64,000 nucleotides of DNA from Candidatus Zixiibacteriota bacterium (GTDB lineage Bacteria; Zixibacteria; MSB-5A5; WJJR01): NCBI GenBank assembly GCA_036397555.1, contig DASWIS010000008.1, positions 544,206 through 608,205 of the forward strand. The letters run 5' to 3'. The notes under the pieces are model-generated. The model was not told where the DNA came from, searched no databases, and saw only the letters and a list, made by a program, of their open reading frames with translations. Of this stretch, positions 38,003 through 47,392 are shown piece after piece. Position numbers and translations under genes: made by a program. Position 1 is the stretch's first letter; each line of letters starts with the position of its first letter.

Positions 38003-38788
38003 ATGCGCATCCACGGGCTGTTCGAAATCCTCAAACGATTCGCCGCCGAAACACAGGCCCTGGCGGGGTACTCCGTGCGCCTGGCCGTTCGGCTGATCGG
38101 GCGCCCGTTTTATGTCGCCGAAACGCTCGACCAGATGTACTTCCTCGGAGTCGGCTCTTTGTTCCTTGTCGTATTGACCGGAATCTTCGCCGGTCAGGGG
38201 CTGGCGCTGCAATTCTCCATCGAGTTGGCGGAGTTTGGCTCGAAAAACTATCTGGGCCGTGTTATGGTCATCGCCATCGTCCGCGAGCTTGGACCCGTAT
38301 TGACGGGGTTGATGGTCGCCGCGCGCGTCGCCGCCGGGATCACCGCCGAAATCGGATCGATGAAATCGTCGGAGCAGATCGATGCGCTGGTCGCGTTCGG
38401 AGTCGACCCGATCCGACGACTCGCGGTGCCCCGTTTCTGGGCCATCCTGCTGATGTTGCCGATCCTCACGATTTGCTGCGATTTTGTCGCCATCGTGGGC
38501 GGCTGGGTCATCGCCGTCTACATCGCGCACATCTCCAGCACGGCGTACTGGACCAACATCATCAGCAAGTTGTCGCTGGGAAACTTCGTCATCGGACTGG
38601 GGAAGCCGTTTTTATTTGCTGTGATCATCTCGACCATCTCAACCTTCATGGGGTTCCGGACCATGGGCGGCACACGCGGCGTCGGCCGCTCGACGACCAA
38701 TTCGGTCGTCGCGTGCTCGATCACCATTCTGTTCGTCAATTTCCTGTTTACGCGGCTAATTGTTCCGCAATTGAAGGGGCTGCTCTGA
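38003..38788 (+). CDS. mlaE: MlaE-type ABC transporter permease
   Basis: MlaE family conserved region (..EQIDALV..G..P...L..PR). Confidence 0.8.
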   Translation: MRIHGLFEILKRFAAETQALAGYSVRLAVRLIGRPFYVAETLDQMYFLGVGSLFLVVLTGIFAGQGLALQFSIELAEFGSKNYLGRVMVIAIVRELGPVLTGLMVAARVAAGITAEIGSMKSSEQIDALVAFGVDPIRRLAVPRFWAILLMLPILTICCDFVAIVGGWVIAVYIAHISSTAYWTNIISKLSLGNFVIGLGKPFLFAVIISTISTFMGFRTMGGTRGVGRSTTNSVVACSITILFVNFLFTRLIVPQLKGLL

Positions 38789-38800
38789 TCGACCTCTGAT

Positions 38801-39574
38801 ATGATTCGCCTTGAGAATGTCACCTTCGGCTACCGCGATTCCGCGGTGCTGCGCAATGTCAGCTTCCAGGTGGAACGTGGCAAAACGCTCGTCATCTTCG
38901 GCATCTCCGGCTCGGGCAAGAGCACGATCCTCAAGCTGCTGGCCGGGTTGGTCAGGCCGCAGACGGGGCGGATCATCGTCAACGAGACCGACATGACCGG
39001 ATTGCGCGAGTCGGAGTGGCAGGAGCTGCGCCGCCAGATCGGCTTCGTGTTTCAGGGCGGCGCGCTCTTCGATTCGATGACGGTCGGCGAAAACGTCGGA
39101 TTCTATCTCTTGGAACACACCGACCAATCGATGGAGGAGATCGAAATCAAAGTCCGCGAAACATTGCAGTTCATGAACCTGTCCGAGGATCTGATCGATA
39201 TTACGCCGGACGAACTCTCCGGCGGGATGCAGCGACGGGTCGCGATCGGGCGCGCGGTCGCGGCGATCGATCCGCTCATCATGCTCTATGATGAACCGAC
39301 CACGGGGCTGGACCCCATCTCGACAAAAGCGATCACCGAAATGATCGTCAAGCTTCGCGATGTCAAGGGGGTCACCTCGATTGTCGTCACGCATCAAATT
39401 GCCGATGCATTCGAAGTCAGCGATCACTTTATCGTCCTGCAGCAGGGGGTGGTCGCCTTCGACGGCACCGCCGAAGAACTGGTGCGCTCCCGGCAGCCGC
39501 AAGTGCGCTCGTTTTTGACTCCGTTCATTCACTCCATCGAACGCATGCCGGCTATGCATCACGGAGAATCATGA
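38801..39574 (+). CDS. mlaF: MlaF-type ABC transporter ATP-binding protein
   Basis: Walker A GISGSGKST, signature LSGGMQRR, Walker B LYDEPT. Confidence 0.85.
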   Translation: MIRLENVTFGYRDSAVLRNVSFQVERGKTLVIFGISGSGKSTILKLLAGLVRPQTGRIIVNETDMTGLRESEWQELRRQIGFVFQGGALFDSMTVGENVGFYLLEHTDQSMEEIEIKVRETLQFMNLSEDLIDITPDELSGGMQRRVAIGRAVAAIDPLIMLYDEPTTGLDPISTKAITEMIVKLRDVKGVTSIVVTHQIADAFEVSDHFIVLQQGVVAFDGTAEELVRSRQPQVRSFLTPFIHSIERMPAMHHGES

Positions 39575-40038
39575 AAATTCTGTTCTTGTGCACGGGGAAC
39601 TCGTGCCGGTCGCAGATGGCCGAGGGGTTTGCCCTTCACTACGCCGGCTCCGGGGTCGCCGTCGCATCGGCGGGAATCGAAGCGCATGGTCTCAATCCCC
39701 GGGCGGTGACGGTCATGGCCGAAGCGGGCATCGACATCAGCGGCCATACCTCCGATGTCTTCTCGGTGGATTCCGTTGGTCCCAGTGACCTTGTTGTGAC
39801 CGTCTGTGACCAGGCGCGGGAGTCGTGCCCGCGCTTGCCGGCCACGGTATCTCAGATTCACTGGTCATTCCCTGACCCGGCCAAGGCAACTGGATCCGAC
39901 GACGAGATCATGTTCGTCTTCCGCGCAGTCCGCGATGCCATCGACGAACGCGTCCGCGCGCTGGTCGAAGGAATGGCGCGGGAGCACGGCCGGAAGTCGC
40001 GTCCCTCCGCCGGTCCGCGACCAGTGAGACGACATTGA
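39571..40038 (+). CDS. arsC: arsenate reductase / LMW protein-tyrosine phosphatase family
   Basis: CTGNSCRS P-loop plus downstream Cys pair VCDQARESCP (thioredoxin-coupled ArsC pattern). Confidence 0.7.
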   Translation: MKILFLCTGNSCRSQMAEGFALHYAGSGVAVASAGIEAHGLNPRAVTVMAEAGIDISGHTSDVFSVDSVGPSDLVVTVCDQARESCPRLPATVSQIHWSFPDPAKATGSDDEIMFVFRAVRDAIDERVRALVEGMAREHGRKSRPSAGPRPVRRH

Positions 40039-40083
40039 TCGGATCGCCACAAACGGGTATCATGAAGCAGGACGGTCGATGAT

Positions 40084-40407
40084 ATGGGACGCGGCTGCAG
40101 CGCAATTGACTCACTGGCGATCCAGTACGTACGCGAAATCGCGGTCGTATTACGGACTCGCAACCTGGATAACGTCAAGCGATTCTACCATCGCTGGCAA
40201 AGCGCCATGGAGATGGCGCCGATGCCCGACGACCGGCAGTTGGAAATCGACATGCACAAAATGATTCTGGAATTGCCGGCATTAGAAGACTTGCACGACG
40301 AGTCGCTGGCGTGGCTGAAGGAGCGTGACGAAGTCTGGGACGTGCGCGGCAACAATTGCAGCAGCGGCTGCGATCCGGGGTCCTGCGGGCGCAAGGCGGT
40401 CGGATGA
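40084..40407 (+). CDS. hypothetical small protein with Cys-rich C-terminus
   Basis: ORF only. C-terminal CSSGCDPGSC. Confidence 0.3.
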   Translation: MGRGCSAIDSLAIQYVREIAVVLRTRNLDNVKRFYHRWQSAMEMAPMPDDRQLEIDMHKMILELPALEDLHDESLAWLKERDEVWDVRGNNCSSGCDPGSCGRKAVG

Positions 40408-40416
40408 GACCGCTGT

Positions 40417-41373
40417 TTGAATCCTCCGAGAGCGGCAATGCGGCGTAGCGGACGAGTGCCGTGGACCGAGGTCCGTGTCGGAGTCGTGATCCTTTTTGCG
40501 TTTGCCGTGCTGCTGTGGGCGGCGTTTCGCGGCACCGGCATGACCGTCTTCGAGCGCACCAACGATCTATATGCTTACTTTGACAACGTCAATGGCTTGG
40601 TCAGCGGCTCGCCCGTCTGGCTGGGCGGGATTGAAGTCGGGCACGTCACCGGTATCCGATTTGTCGAGGAAAGCGGCACGGGACGCATACTGGTCAGTTT
40701 TCGGATCAAACAGGACGCCTGGTCGTTGGTCTCGAGCACATCGAAGACCTCGATTGCCGCGATGGGGTTGATGGGCGACAAATACTTGTCGGTGTCGCTA
40801 CGCCGGCCCGGCGATCCGCCGGCTCAGCCCGGGGGCTTTCTCGAAGCCGAAGCCGCCGGCGATCTGACCAACGCCTTCGCCGACACGCCGGAGTTGATGC
40901 AAAACCTCTCAGCGACGACCGATCGCCTCGGCGGCATTCTCGAACGCATCGACCGGGGGGAGGGGTTTCTTGGGCGCATGACGACCGACAGCCGCTCCTC
41001 CGATGAACTCGACTCATTGGTTATGTCATCGCGCGAATTGATCCAGAGTCTTAACACCTCGCAGACGCGGCTGGTCGCGTCCATCGAGCGCGCATCCCAT
41101 TCGTTCGATTCGCTCTCGCAAGGTATCCTGCATGGCGATGGCACGCTTGCGCGGCTGGTATGGGATACGACACTGTATACCGAGCTGGCCGGCGTCACGC
41201 GACGCGCCAACTCGCTGATGGAGACAATTGAATCCGGCGACGGTACTCTGGGCCGATTGTCATCGGACTCAGCGATGTATGTCGAGGTCCGCGACCTTGT
41301 CACAGACATGCGCGCGCTGATCGATGACATCATGGCCAACCCACGACGGTATTTCAAGTTTAGCGTCTTCTAA
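40417..41373 (+). CDS. mlaD: MCE/MlaD-family protein
   Basis: N-terminal TM helix plus MCE domain (GLVSGSPVWLGGIEVGHVTGI). Confidence 0.75.
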   Translation: MNPPRAAMRRSGRVPWTEVRVGVVILFAFAVLLWAAFRGTGMTVFERTNDLYAYFDNVNGLVSGSPVWLGGIEVGHVTGIRFVEESGTGRILVSFRIKQDAWSLVSSTSKTSIAAMGLMGDKYLSVSLRRPGDPPAQPGGFLEAEAAGDLTNAFADTPELMQNLSATTDRLGGILERIDRGEGFLGRMTTDSRSSDELDSLVMSSRELIQSLNTSQTRLVASIERASHSFDSLSQGILHGDGTLARLVWDTTLYTELAGVTRRANSLMETIESGDGTLGRLSSDSAMYVEVRDLVTDMRALIDDIMANPRRYFKFSVF

Positions 41374-41412
41374 TTGCCTTAGATTGAGGCGATTACTCAA
41401 TCAATCACCGAC

Positions 41413-43062
41413 ATGCACGAAATCGAAGTCAAACGTGAGGGGCTAAACCTAAAACGGCTACTTCGTGACCGGGACGAACGCGTCCTGGAGCGGAAGGTGA
41501 AAGCGCAAAACACCCTCTGGCAAGAAGCATTAGATGATTGGATGGAATTATTCACAAAGTACACTTGGATGTCGAAGGATGGACAGCAAACCGTGCTGTC
41601 GTCAATCCTGTTGAACGGGATACGCAAGCCGGCAAAGGCGGATTGGGACTCACTCAAGGACAATTCGGAATTCTCGGAATCTGAGCCGCGTAAGCTGGAC
41701 CCCGTTCGACTTCCTCCAATGCCTGGGCGCCCACCAGGGAAGATACCAAAAGCCAACGAATCGAGTATTGTGGACAGGCTATCACTCCTAGACAGGTTGA
41801 TCCCCTCTAGGAAGCGACTCCGACAGCAGGCTATCAATCGACGTCGCGAACTGTTGAATCTTGAATCAGAGAGCGCCCGGTTAGCTGCTGAGCAAGACAT
41901 GAAGGCGCTGCACAGAGATTGGGAGAGTGAATGTGCCGCAATCCGGACCAACGAAGAGAAGGCCCTTCAGCAATCGCTGCGGGAATGGCAGAATAGACGC
42001 GCAGCGTTCATTCTCGACCGCACTAACCTTAATGTAGAAATTGACAGGAGAAGAAAGAACTACGTTAAGGGCGAGCCAGAGGGGGTCGAGGAATTCGCTG
42101 AGCTTGTGCTCTCGCGCTCAATGTACCCCCTTTGTATCCCGCGGGATTTCGACTTCCAATATGACGCCACCAATAAGTGTCTCCTCGTGAATACGATATT
42201 ACCTGCACTGGAAGACATACCACGCACCGACAGTAAAGGGAAAGTTTTGTTTTCAGATCGGGTCTTCCTGTCGCTTTATGACTCTGTCACCTACCAGATT
42301 GCAATCCGCACATTGTTCGAGTTATTCCATGCGGACGAAGCGAATGTCATCGGTGCCATAGTCCTGAGCGGGTGGGTCAACACTTACGACAAGGCAACGG
42401 GCAAACCGATAAGACCCTGCATTCTATCTGTTCACGCATCGAAAGCTGAATTCTCAACCTTCGACCTCGGGCATGTCGATCCCAAAGCGTGCTTCAAGGC
42501 GCTTAAAGGTGTCGGCAGTTCTAAGTTGCACACGATGACTCCGATCATTCCTATAGCAACGTTTGACAAGAGTGATAAGCGTTTCGTTTCACCTATCGAC
42601 GTCGTCCAAGGAATCGATGAATTGTCGAACTTAGCAGCAATGGATTGGGAGGACTTCGAACATCTGGTGAGAGAGATATTCGAGCAAGAGTTTGCGCAGA
42701 ACGGTGGAGAAGTGAAAGTGACGCGAGCCAGTCGCGATCGCGGTGTCGATGCCATCGCATTCGACCCCGATCCCATCAGGGGCGGAAAGATTGTGATTCA
42801 GGCCAAGAGGTACACACGAACGGTTGATGTATCAGCAGTTCGTGACCTCTACGGCACTGTACTCAATGAAGGCGCGACAAAAGGCATCTTGGTGACAACT
42901 GCCGACTATGGACCCGATGCATACGAATTCGCAAAAGGGAAGCCCTTGACCCTTCTAAATGGTGGCCACCTTCTTCATCTTTTGGAAAGACACGGGCACA
43001 AAGCACGCATTGATTTGAAGGAAGCACGGGAATTGAACAAGGATGAGATTGACCCGAATTAG
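41413..43062 (+). CDS. Mrr-cat (PD-(D/E)xK restriction-endonuclease-like) domain protein with ~400 aa unknown coiled-coil N-terminal region
   Basis: C-terminus WEDFEHLVREIF..GVDAIAF..IQAKRY..GILVTTADY matches the Mrr catalytic domain. GC ~50% by eye against ~65% flanks. Confidence 0.7.
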   Translation: MHEIEVKREGLNLKRLLRDRDERVLERKVKAQNTLWQEALDDWMELFTKYTWMSKDGQQTVLSSILLNGIRKPAKADWDSLKDNSEFSESEPRKLDPVRLPPMPGRPPGKIPKANESSIVDRLSLLDRLIPSRKRLRQQAINRRRELLNLESESARLAAEQDMKALHRDWESECAAIRTNEEKALQQSLREWQNRRAAFILDRTNLNVEIDRRRKNYVKGEPEGVEEFAELVLSRSMYPLCIPRDFDFQYDATNKCLLVNTILPALEDIPRTDSKGKVLFSDRVFLSLYDSVTYQIAIRTLFELFHADEANVIGAIVLSGWVNTYDKATGKPIRPCILSVHASKAEFSTFDLGHVDPKACFKALKGVGSSKLHTMTPIIPIATFDKSDKRFVSPIDVVQGIDELSNLAAMDWEDFEHLVREIFEQEFAQNGGEVKVTRASRDRGVDAIAFDPDPIRGGKIVIQAKRYTRTVDVSAVRDLYGTVLNEGATKGILVTTADYGPDAYEFAKGKPLTLLNGGHLLHLLERHGHKARIDLKEARELNKDEIDPN

Positions 43063-43064
43063 CA

Positions 43065-43101
43065 CCCTCTCCCTCCGGGAGAGGGTCGGGGTGAGGGAAA
43101 G
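43065..43101 (+). repeat. hairpin repeat copy C
   Basis: ccctctccc-tcc-gggagaggg followed by tcggggtgaggg. Lies immediately after the Mrr-cat gene stop. Confidence 0.65.
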
Positions 43102-43106
43102 GTGAA

Positions 43107-43601
43107 TTGGGAGAGGAGATTACCATCGTCGCTGATCTTCTGCCACGTCTCCGCCACACGCTCGACTACGATGCCTGGGCGAATCAGCAAACGTTGGAGT
43201 CCCTGCAACGTGCCGACACGCCACCCGTCGAAGCCATCGGCATCATGGCGCACATCATCGCCGCCGATTGGCTCTGGCTGGATCGCATGCGCGAGCAACC
43301 GCAGCATTGTGCCGTTTGGCCGCATTGGTCCGTGAAAGAGTGTGCTGAAGAGGAGAGATTGCTGCGCGAGAGTTTCGACGAGATGCTCACCGGTCTGTCG
43401 GAGCCGTCGCTGGAGCGGCAGGTGACGTACAAGAATACGAAAGGGGAGAAGTGGTCGAACGCGATTGCCGATATACTCGATCACCTGCTGGTACATTCGG
43501 CGTATCATCGCGGCCAGATCGCGCTGCTGCTCCGTCACAGCGGCGGGGAACCGGCCTATACCGACTTCATTCACGCCGTGCGCACCGGCGCGATCAACTA
43601 A
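43107..43601 (+). CDS. DinB/YfiT-family (DinB_2) protein
   Basis: Motifs WANQQTL, HIIAADWLWL, HSAYHRGQI. Confidence 0.7.
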   Translation: MGEEITIVADLLPRLRHTLDYDAWANQQTLESLQRADTPPVEAIGIMAHIIAADWLWLDRMREQPQHCAVWPHWSVKECAEEERLLRESFDEMLTGLSEPSLERQVTYKNTKGEKWSNAIADILDHLLVHSAYHRGQIALLLRHSGGEPAYTDFIHAVRTGAIN

Positions 43602-43607
43602 ACTGCC

Positions 43608-44399
43608 ATGACCAACGCTGAGTTTGCCGCCATTCTGGAGCGTCACATTCGTCCAGCCACATTCCCGGTTGCGGTGAAGATGTTGAAGAAGGGCGAGCGG
43701 ATTCCCGACCGCGCCAAGCGCCCCAAAACCGATCTCGGATTCGATGTCGCGATCTGCCAGTCGGTCGGGTTGGCGCGACGTTACGGCTGGACGCTGGCGG
43801 TCGGACGCGACGACATCTCCTGCCCGATCACCAAGGCGTTTTTCGGATTTGAAGAACGCGTCCCCTACCTGACCGAAGGGCACGCCTGCGCCGGCATGTA
43901 CACCGAATCAACCCAGGCCGGAGCACGCACCGAAGAATCGATCCCACGTTTCGCGCACAAGCAATATGAGTACTTCGTGTGCGGACCCCTGGCCAAAGTG
44001 CAATTCGATTGGGATGTCGTCATCGTCTACGGCAATGCCGCGCAGGTGATGCGGCTGGTCACCGGCGCGCTCTACAAACGCGGCGGCGCGATGATCTCCC
44101 AGACCGCCGGACGGGTCGATTGCGCCGATCTGACCGTTGGGGCGATGAACACGGGCGAATATCAGTATGTCCTGCCATGCTACGGCGACCGCATCTTCGG
44201 CGGCACATCCGACGAGGAGATGGCGTTTTCCCTGCCGCGGTCACGCGCCGATGAATTGGTGGCCGGATTGGAAGGGACCCACAAAGGCGGGATCCGTTAC
44301 CCGATCCCGATGTTCCTGCGCTTCACTGGTGAATTTCCCGAAAGTTATCGCAAACTCGAAGATTTCTGGACTCACGATTCCGATCCGGAGAACAAATAA
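43608..44399 (+). CDS. DUF169-family protein (uncharacterised)
   Basis: Pattern recognition only (ICQSVGLARRYG..., conserved Cys/Gly). Confidence 0.45.
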   Translation: MTNAEFAAILERHIRPATFPVAVKMLKKGERIPDRAKRPKTDLGFDVAICQSVGLARRYGWTLAVGRDDISCPITKAFFGFEERVPYLTEGHACAGMYTESTQAGARTEESIPRFAHKQYEYFVCGPLAKVQFDWDVVIVYGNAAQVMRLVTGALYKRGGAMISQTAGRVDCADLTVGAMNTGEYQYVLPCYGDRIFGGTSDEEMAFSLPRSRADELVAGLEGTHKGGIRYPIPMFLRFTGEFPESYRKLEDFWTHDSDPENK

Positions 44400-44888
44400 A
44401 TGGTATCCACGACGCTCGTCGATCATCGCTCAGGGATGCTCGAACGCCTCCGCACCACCCCGCAGCAGTTGCGTGTCGCCGTCAGCGGCCTGAGCGACGC
44501 GCAGCTTGACACCCCCTACGGTCCGGGCAAGTGGACGATCCGTCAGGTTGTCCATCATCTGGCCGACTCGCACATGAATGCATTTGTGCGCATGAAACTT
44601 GTCCTGACCGAGGACAAGCCCACATTAAAGACCTACGATCAGGATGACTGGGCCGACACGATTGATGGCAAGTTGCTGCCGATTGCGTCGTCGTTGTCGA
44701 TCATCGACGGCCTGCACGATCGTATGTGCAGGATGCTGGAGTCCGTGCCGGACTCCGCCTGGAGCCGTTCGGCGGTGCATCCTGAACGCGGCGACATCAC
44801 ACTCGATGACCTGCTGGCCATCTATGCCCGTCACGGCGAGAAGCACATCGCCACGATCACGGGTTTGCGCGCCGAGAAGGGCTGGTAA
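44400..44888 (+). CDS. DinB_2/YfiT-like metal-dependent hydrolase/transferase family protein
   Basis: Motifs HHLADSHMNAF, HPERG, ARHGEKHIA. Confidence 0.7.
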   Translation: MVSTTLVDHRSGMLERLRTTPQQLRVAVSGLSDAQLDTPYGPGKWTIRQVVHHLADSHMNAFVRMKLVLTEDKPTLKTYDQDDWADTIDGKLLPIASSLSIIDGLHDRMCRMLESVPDSAWSRSAVHPERGDITLDDLLAIYARHGEKHIATITGLRAEKGW

Positions 44889-44892
44889 CAGA

Positions 44893-45921
44893 TTGCCGTT
44901 TCGCGAAAAACTCAACCACACCGAACGCCTGCAGGCACTCACCGAGGGTGTCAAGCCCGACCGTCCGCCGGTCTCGATGTGGCGCCACTTCTACGGCGAT
45001 GAGAACGACAGCGACCGTTTCGTCGACGTGATGGTCGGATGGCAGAAACGCTTCGACTGGGACTTTCTGAAGATCAATCCCAAAGCATCGTATCATTACG
45101 AACCGTGGGGCGTGACCATGCGATATAGCCCCGATGGGATCATCAAGCCCGCCCGCGAATTGTTTCCGGTCAGGACGCCCGGGGATTGGACAAAAATCGG
45201 ACCCTTGGGGGCGCGACATCCTGAATTTGCCGCGCAATTGTACGCGATTTCCAGAATCCGGCGCGCGCTGCCGCGGCCGTTCCGCATCGTGATGACGGTC
45301 TTCAATCCGATCTCAGTCGCCGGCGACTTGGTGCCGAACGATGCCATGCTGGTTTCGCACCTGCGCGACAACCCGACGGCGGTCGTCCCGGCACTCGAGG
45401 CCATTGCCGAGACATTCATCGATCTCGTCGCCGAGATGCGCAACGCGGGCGCCGACGGAATCTTCTTTGCCACCACACAATGGGCCTCCGCGAATCTGCT
45501 GACGGCCGACGAGGTGCGGCGATACGGAGTGGCATTCGACCGTCCGATCTGGGAAGCCACGGGCGCAGACGCATTCAATGTTCTGCATGTTTGCGATTCG
45601 AAGAATTATCTGTCACTCTATGCCGATTTCAATGCGGCATTGACCAATTGGGACGCGAGTGAGCCGACGAATCTGAATCTGACAGAGGGGCATGAACTGC
45701 TCCGATCGCCGGTCCTCGGTGGGATCGGCCACAAGGGCGATCTGAATGACACGAACTCCGACCGCGTTGTCGAGATGGCCAGGCGCGTCATTGAAGAGCA
45801 CAAGAACATACCTTTCGCGCTCGGCCCCGGCTGCGCCGTCCCGGTGACAGTCCCGATGGAGAGCATTGCGGCTGTGCGACAATCGGTCGAATTCGCGTAT
45901 GCGCGCATGAGAACGGCATGA
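44893..45921 (+). CDS. uroporphyrinogen-decarboxylase (URO-D/MtaA) family protein; probable TTG start
   Basis: ERLQALTEGVKPDRPPVSMW N-terminal pattern and URO-D fold signatures. The upstream part of ORF 44644.. overlaps the DinB gene and is rejected. Confidence 0.65.
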   Translation: MPFREKLNHTERLQALTEGVKPDRPPVSMWRHFYGDENDSDRFVDVMVGWQKRFDWDFLKINPKASYHYEPWGVTMRYSPDGIIKPARELFPVRTPGDWTKIGPLGARHPEFAAQLYAISRIRRALPRPFRIVMTVFNPISVAGDLVPNDAMLVSHLRDNPTAVVPALEAIAETFIDLVAEMRNAGADGIFFATTQWASANLLTADEVRRYGVAFDRPIWEATGADAFNVLHVCDSKNYLSLYADFNAALTNWDASEPTNLNLTEGHELLRSPVLGGIGHKGDLNDTNSDRVVEMARRVIEEHKNIPFALGPGCAVPVTVPMESIAAVRQSVEFAYARMRTA

Positions 45922-46385
45922 TGACCCCGATAACGGCCACAGAGAGTATCCTGCAACGCGTCGACGATGCAATACGCCACGGGGGGGATTCCATCGCAGT
46001 CATGGACCGAATCGCGGCGCTGCTGCACGAATCGATCCCTCACTACACCTGGGTGGGATTCTATCTGCTCGAAGGCGACATGCTGACGCTCGGGCCGTAT
46101 CGCGGAAAGCCATCGCCGCACACCCGCATCCCGCTGAACCAGGGCATATGCGGCGCAGCGGCATCCCAGCAGCGGACCGTGATCGTTGCCGACGTCAACG
46201 CCGATCCGCGCTACCTGGCCTGCTCCATCGAGACGCGTTCGGAAATTGTTGTGCCGATCCTGTTCGACGGCATCTGTCTCGGTGAGATCGACATCGATTC
46301 CGACCAACCCGACGCCTTCGGCGCATCGGATCAATCATTGCTGGAAGCCATCGCGGAGCGCATGGCGCCGAAGATGCGGACATAA
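45918..46385 (+). CDS. msrC: GAF-domain protein, free methionine-(R)-sulfoxide reductase-like
   Basis: Motifs WVGFYLL, GICGAAA, EIVVPI and IDIDSD match the fRMsr/YebR GAF pattern. Confidence 0.65.
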   Translation: MMTPITATESILQRVDDAIRHGGDSIAVMDRIAALLHESIPHYTWVGFYLLEGDMLTLGPYRGKPSPHTRIPLNQGICGAAASQQRTVIVADVNADPRYLACSIETRSEIVVPILFDGICLGEIDIDSDQPDAFGASDQSLLEAIAERMAPKMRT

Positions 46386-46409
46386 GTCACCGCATTCGCG
46401 CCCATTGAC

Positions 46410-47387
46410 ATGATGGAGACGACCGCCTCGCCGATCTTCTGGGTCGGGTTTCTCGCTCTCATCTTGGGGTTGCTGACAATGGACCTCGTGGTTTTTCACC
46501 GGCGGCCGCATGTCGTGTCAGCCGGTGAGGCATCGCGTTGGGTCGCCTTCTGGATCGGCTTGGCCGCGGCCTTTAATGTGTTCGTCTACTTCGAGTTCGG
46601 CACCGCCAAGGCGCTGGAGTTTACGGCCGGATATCTGGTCGAGGAGGCGCTTTCGGTCGACAACGTATTTGTCTTCCTGATCGTTTTCCGCTACTTCCAT
46701 GTCCCGCGCGAACTGCAGCATCGCGTGCTGTTCTTCGGAATCCTTGGCGCCATCATCCTGCGCGGCATCTTTATCTGGATCGGTGCAACGCTGATCTCCC
46801 AGTTCAGTTGGGTGCTCTACATCTTCGGCGCGTTTCTGGTGTTCACCGGGATCAAGATCGTCGCGCAGGATGAGATGCAGGTGCATCCCGAGCGCAATCC
46901 GGTTCTGAAGCTCCTGCGGCGCATCCTGCCGATCACTGCCGACTACATGGGCACGCGGTTTCTTGTCCGTGCCGGTGAACGCTGGTTTGCGACGCCGCTT
47001 CTGGCGGTGCTGGTCGTTGTCGAAGCCACCGATCTGGTATTTGCCGTCGATTCAATCCCGGCGATCTTCGGCATCACCCACGATCCGTTTATTGTCTACA
47101 CATCGAACATCTTCGCCATCCTGGGACTGCGGGCGCTTTTCATGCTGCTGGCGGGGATTATGGACAAGTTCCACTATCTGAAATACGGCCTCGGCATCGT
47201 TCTCTGTTTCATCGGCGTCAAAATGCTCATCGCGTGGTTTGTGCACATCCCCATCGAGATCTCACTCGGCGTCGTCGTGCTGTTGCTGGGCGGTTCGATC
47301 CTGTTGTCGTTTCTCCGGCCGGTCAAACCCGCGGAATCCCATGGTTCCGGGCCGGACGCCGGCACCGAGACCCCGCTGGAGGAATGA
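46410..47387 (+). CDS. TerC/Alx family integral membrane protein
   Basis: Motifs LSVDNVFVF and FAVDSIPAIF. Confidence 0.85.
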   Translation: MMETTASPIFWVGFLALILGLLTMDLVVFHRRPHVVSAGEASRWVAFWIGLAAAFNVFVYFEFGTAKALEFTAGYLVEEALSVDNVFVFLIVFRYFHVPRELQHRVLFFGILGAIILRGIFIWIGATLISQFSWVLYIFGAFLVFTGIKIVAQDEMQVHPERNPVLKLLRRILPITADYMGTRFLVRAGERWFATPLLAVLVVVEATDLVFAVDSIPAIFGITHDPFIVYTSNIFAILGLRALFMLLAGIMDKFHYLKYGLGIVLCFIGVKMLIAWFVHIPIEISLGVVVLLLGGSILLSFLRPVKPAESHGSGPDAGTETPLEE

Positions 47388-47392
47388 TCACA

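Noticed and set aside
44644-44892. Upstream extension of the URO-D-family ORF
   Set aside because: Overlaps the DinB_2 gene in another frame; the family alignment begins near ERLQALTEG, so the start is placed at TTG 44893.
46386-46409. yybP-ykoY (Mn2+) riboswitch upstream of terC/alx
   Set aside because: Only ~24 bp of intergenic space; too short for the riboswitch.
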